A stretch of 63,895 bases of DNA, the filler included, from Folioceros fuciformis (Eukaryota): assembly GCA_049999805.1 (NCBI GenBank). It is 20 parts of 20 records of this genome, joined end to end, with 100 filler letters (N's around TTAATTAATTAA, not from the genome) between each part and the next. Parts side by side here need not be neighbours in the genome. Positions count along the whole stretch, not along the records: positions 60,402 to 61,470 come from JBNGIO010002422.1; positions 61,571 to 62,585 come from JBNGIO010002423.1; positions 62,686 to 63,895 come from JBNGIO010002424.1; 17 more parts are not named here. One strand, written 5' to 3'. The translations under genes were made by a program, and so were the position numbers. This document shows positions 60,402 through 63,895 of this stretch, piece after piece; the stretch's first letter is position 1; every line of letters starts with the position of its first letter. The notes beneath the pieces are model-generated. The model was not told where the DNA came from and did not search any database. It saw only the letters and a program-made list of their open reading frames with translations.

Positions 60402-61470
60402 GCATAAGAGGATTGGGCATGTGAACATAGAGAAGCTGAAATCTATGCAACAGAAAAGCGTGGTGGAAGGATTGCCCAAGTTCAAGTATGCTGATCTTGG
60501 TCATGTGTGTTCTGCATGTCAATTTAGAAAACAGTCAAGGTTTCCATTTGTGCGACACATGCAGAACAGCTCAAGACCTTTGCAATTGATACACTCTGAT
60601 GTATGGGGTCCTTCACAGAATGCATCGTTTGGAGGAGCTCACTACTATGTCTCCTTCATTGATGATTTCAGCAGGTACACGTGGCTGTACATACTGAAGC
60701 ATAAGGATGAAGTGTTCGAGTCTTTCAAGGACTTCAAAAAGCATGCTGAAAATGAATTCAACTGCTCCATCTCTTGTCTAAGATCAAATGGAGGGGGAGA
60801 ATATGTCTCAAATGAGTTTGACAGGTATCTTGCAGATCATGGTATACGAAGACAGTTGACTTACAGATACACACCACAGCAGAATGGTGTTGCAGAGAGG
60901 AAGAACAGGGTAGTCATGGAAACAGCAAGGGCAATGCTGAATGAGAAGTGTTTACCTAATGATTATTGGGCCGAAGCAATGATGACAGCAGTGTATGTAC
61001 TGAATCGAACTCCTACGGCAAGAATTCATGATGCTACACCAATTGAGAGTCTGTATGGCTATAAGCCGGATATTAGGCACTTGAAAGTGTTTGGGTGCAT
61101 TGCATATGTGCATGTACCTGATGAGAAGCGTAGGAAGCTGGATCCTAAAGCAGTGAAGAGTGTTTTTCTGGGTATGCACGAAATAGGAAGGCATATAAGT
61201 GTTATGTGCCATCCACACATGAGATCCTGATAAGCAGGGATGTGGTATTTGATGAGTTAGCCTCCTGGTATAGCAACTCAGTTGCACTACCTTATGACAA
61301 ACCCACAGGGGAGAATACTGTTAAGAGTACTCCAGCAAAGAGTGAGGATGTGACCAATGGTGGATCACCAACGGTGAATCCATGGTCTGGAAGACTACGA
61401 AATGGTAAGCCGAAGACCACTGACCCGGATATGTCAGTGAGGGGGAGAGTAGAAAGCAGCAAAACTGGAA
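60402..61470 (+). mobile_element. Copia integrase fragment of a different lineage
   Basis: HKRIGHVN..CSAC..LIHSDVWGP..FIDDFSRYTW..NGGGEY..TPQQNGVAERKNR..ISRDVVFDE. Diverged from the main family. Confidence 0.94.
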
Positions 61471-61570
61471 NNNNNNNNNNNNNNNNNNNNNNNNNNNNNN
61501 NNNNNNNNNNNNNNTTAATTAATTAANNNNNNNNNNNNNNNNNNNNNNNNNNNNNNNNNNNNNNNNNNNN

Positions 61571-62036
61571 ACGGCCTCCATGGCCGTTTAGGCCAGCCAG
61601 GCAATCAGCCAGCCTCACATTGGACCCTAACCCCTTGACATTGACATGCCCAGATTCCCGTTCCTATGTTCAAACCATTAGTTTATTATTTTATTACTAT
61701 TTTAATTATTATTTAATCGTTTAATACTACATACCTTTAATTAATATTAAACCGATCCCCAAACCTAGATTCAAACTTTCCCGACCCTATGGCCTGGTAC
61801 CGGACCTAAACTTTCCCAGGTCTGGGACCAAACCTATACCCACTCTAACAACCAAACCAACTATTTCTTGGTCAATTAACCTAATTAGCATAAATAAAAA
61901 TAGGAAAAATAACCAAAAAATAAACCCTAAACCCTAAAATTAGGGAAAATAAGTAGAAAAAGAAAACCAAACAATACCACTATTAACCCTTTTTCAATCA
62001 AAACAAACCACTACTTCAAAACTTTGGAGGTTCACA
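61571..62036. mobile_element. LTR family B segment nested in a Copia LTR
   Basis: Ends GGTTCACA at 62036 and is directly followed by Copia LTR sequence 62037-62172 (...CCTTCA, no PBS). Confidence 0.88.
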
Positions 62037-62685
62037 TTCTTCTAGAGGGTATATAAACCCCCTTGAGCTCCCTTGCAATGTGAGACTTTGTGTGAGAGTG
62101 TGACCTCTCTTTCTCCTCCTTGTTGCCTCCTCCTCTCCTCCTTCACCATGCAGCTCCTTTAGTGGTCCTTCATCGTCTGGTCACAACATCGACAGAGATG
62201 GACACTGACCTGCACCACCCGCTGGTGAAGAGGCTACTCCCATTTGCCCAGACCGCCGGAGGAAGGAAGGATAACTCAGGTGGGAGCGTGAGAGCATCCA
62301 ATTCAAAAGCAAGCAAAGGACCTCTGAACCCCATTACGCTGACTGTGAATCACGGAGGCAGTACAAGAGGCAGTCAGAATTACAACATTCCGAATGCCTA
62401 CAACTTTGTAGAGCGATTGAGACTGAAGAAGTTAGAAGACACTCTGGCCAAAAGATTCAACACTGATAAGGAATGGTTTTTGATAGCTGAAGATGAGCCT
62501 GATGACTTGAACTTGCCGTGGATTCCTCTTATTGCTCTGTGGGTGAATGGGTTTCAAGGTTTGGCGGAGGACGAAGCAGGAAGGGNNNNNNNNNNNNNNN
62601 NNNNNNNNNNNNNNNNNNNNNNNNNNNNNTTAATTAATTAANNNNNNNNNNNNNNNNNNNNNNNNNNNNNNNNNNNNNNNNNNNN

Positions 62686-63684
62686 CCTCCGAAGTCTCAG
62701 GATAGTCTAAGAGGTGGTAGATCCTTGTGGTGGTTGGGCCAGCTCATTGGTGGCAAGATGTGCTAGAAGTCTGAATAAATGGTTGGTGACAGCCGGCTAG
62801 GCTAGTGGTCATATTAAAATAATATTTGTCAAGTTAGAGAGAGATGAAGTCAGAGAGAGAGAGGCTCCTATAAGATCAGGTGAGCCTGTAGGAGGAGGTA
62901 GTTATTCACTTTGGGAGTTAGTCTGTCACTTCGTGAGCTCTTGGAAGTACTCTCCAAGAGCTCTTGTGGTCTATCCCTGCTTGGTTTAGGACCTACAGTG
63001 TGTTGCCGGCTGTGCAACGTCTAGTAGGATCGCAAGCCGCGTGTTGCCCATTGTACACTGTCTGGTTGGATCACAAGGTGTAATGACTAGGGTGAAGGGG
63101 CTTGCCCCTAGCTCTTGATTGTAAAGGATGTGTCTTTCTCTCTACCTGTCCACTCTTGTTCCCTGTTTGGACAAGTACTGTAGGCCGGCCATGTTTCATG
63201 GCATCTGGTAAAGTTGTGGGGAGGAAATATCCGAGAGGGGAGTGTGTTCCCTTCTTTCTTTTCTTTGGGGTTAGTCTAGTGACTCTTGCCAGGTAGGAGG
63301 AGTCAGTAGGGAAGTGTAGAAGGTAGTGGTGTTGTTGTTAGTTGCTGGTGTTGGTGCTGGAGTGAGAGAGCGAGTGAAGTGAGTGAGGGAAGTCGCAGAT
63401 CTGAGAGGTTAGGGTCGTTGTAGTGACTGGAGTGAGTTTGTGGGCACCGAGAGAGGTGCAGCTGATCGCTGAACAATGAGGCCTGTCCTACTCCTGATCG
63501 GAGCTGGAGGGGAGCCCTCGAATCTATCATCGAGTCGATTGAGTCCGATCTTCCTTCCATAGCAGCAAGGAACCCCATCGCTCCTTCGTGGGAACGGAAC
63601 CCAATGTCTCAACGACAGTGGGATAAGTGTGGCCACTAAAGGTGGAACTCGTCGGCAATCAGTGCCCGGGGATTTGCCTCCACA
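62686..63684. mobile_element. Partial LTR family D
   Basis: Colinear with about 43426-44426 up to ...GCCTCCACA. Confidence 0.88.
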
Positions 63685-63895
63685 CCAAGGAGTACCATAG
63701 CCTCAAGCTTAAGATTGGCTTTCTTGGATGTGTTGTTGCTTTCTCCATTTAATATATATCCATCATGGGGCTTGGAGAAAACAACTACTAAGGAGGTGTA
63801 TAGACAAGAACACACTTGGACAAGCAACATTAGGGTGTGTCATTCTTCCGATTTCGTGAAATCGGGTACGCCGTATCTCCGAGAGACGAGCCCTA

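Noticed and set aside
63831-63895. hAT/MITE terminus (TAGGGTG...)
   Set aside because: Cut by the window end; no partner TIR or TSD can be verified.

Overview
Repeat-rich land-plant genomic DNA, probably a non-seed plant (inferred from TTTAGGG tracts, a compact intron-rich gene, an intron-containing PPO and Athila-like/Tnt1-like retroelements). The window is 20 short contigs joined by 19 identical artificial 100-bp spacers (N44-TTAATTAATTAA-N44), so adjacency across gaps is not biological. Host genes: one intact 15-exon ARIADNE RBR E3 ligase (38777-42554, minus, 593 aa, one GC-AG intron), the 3' end of a short polyphenol oxidase and an LRR fragment. The rest is mostly nested TEs: five fragments of one Ty1/Copia family, other Copia and Gypsy fragments, at least five TG..CA LTR families, a full-length decayed PIF/Harbinger with an internal 179-bp array, and a pogo-like element. 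Best novelty candidate: a 3181-bp TG..CA element with a perfect 5-bp TSD (31881-35061), apparently a solo LTR, that carries a decayed ~2-kb protein-coding ORF. That ORF belongs to an uncharacterised TE accessory family seen at four places in the window. Other leads: a PPO lacking its C-terminal domain with Val at the gatekeeper position, a small ORF with tandem ALY/REF-like UAP56-binding motifs, and a CRISPR-like array of three 36-bp palindromes. All alignments were done by eye; no database searches were run.
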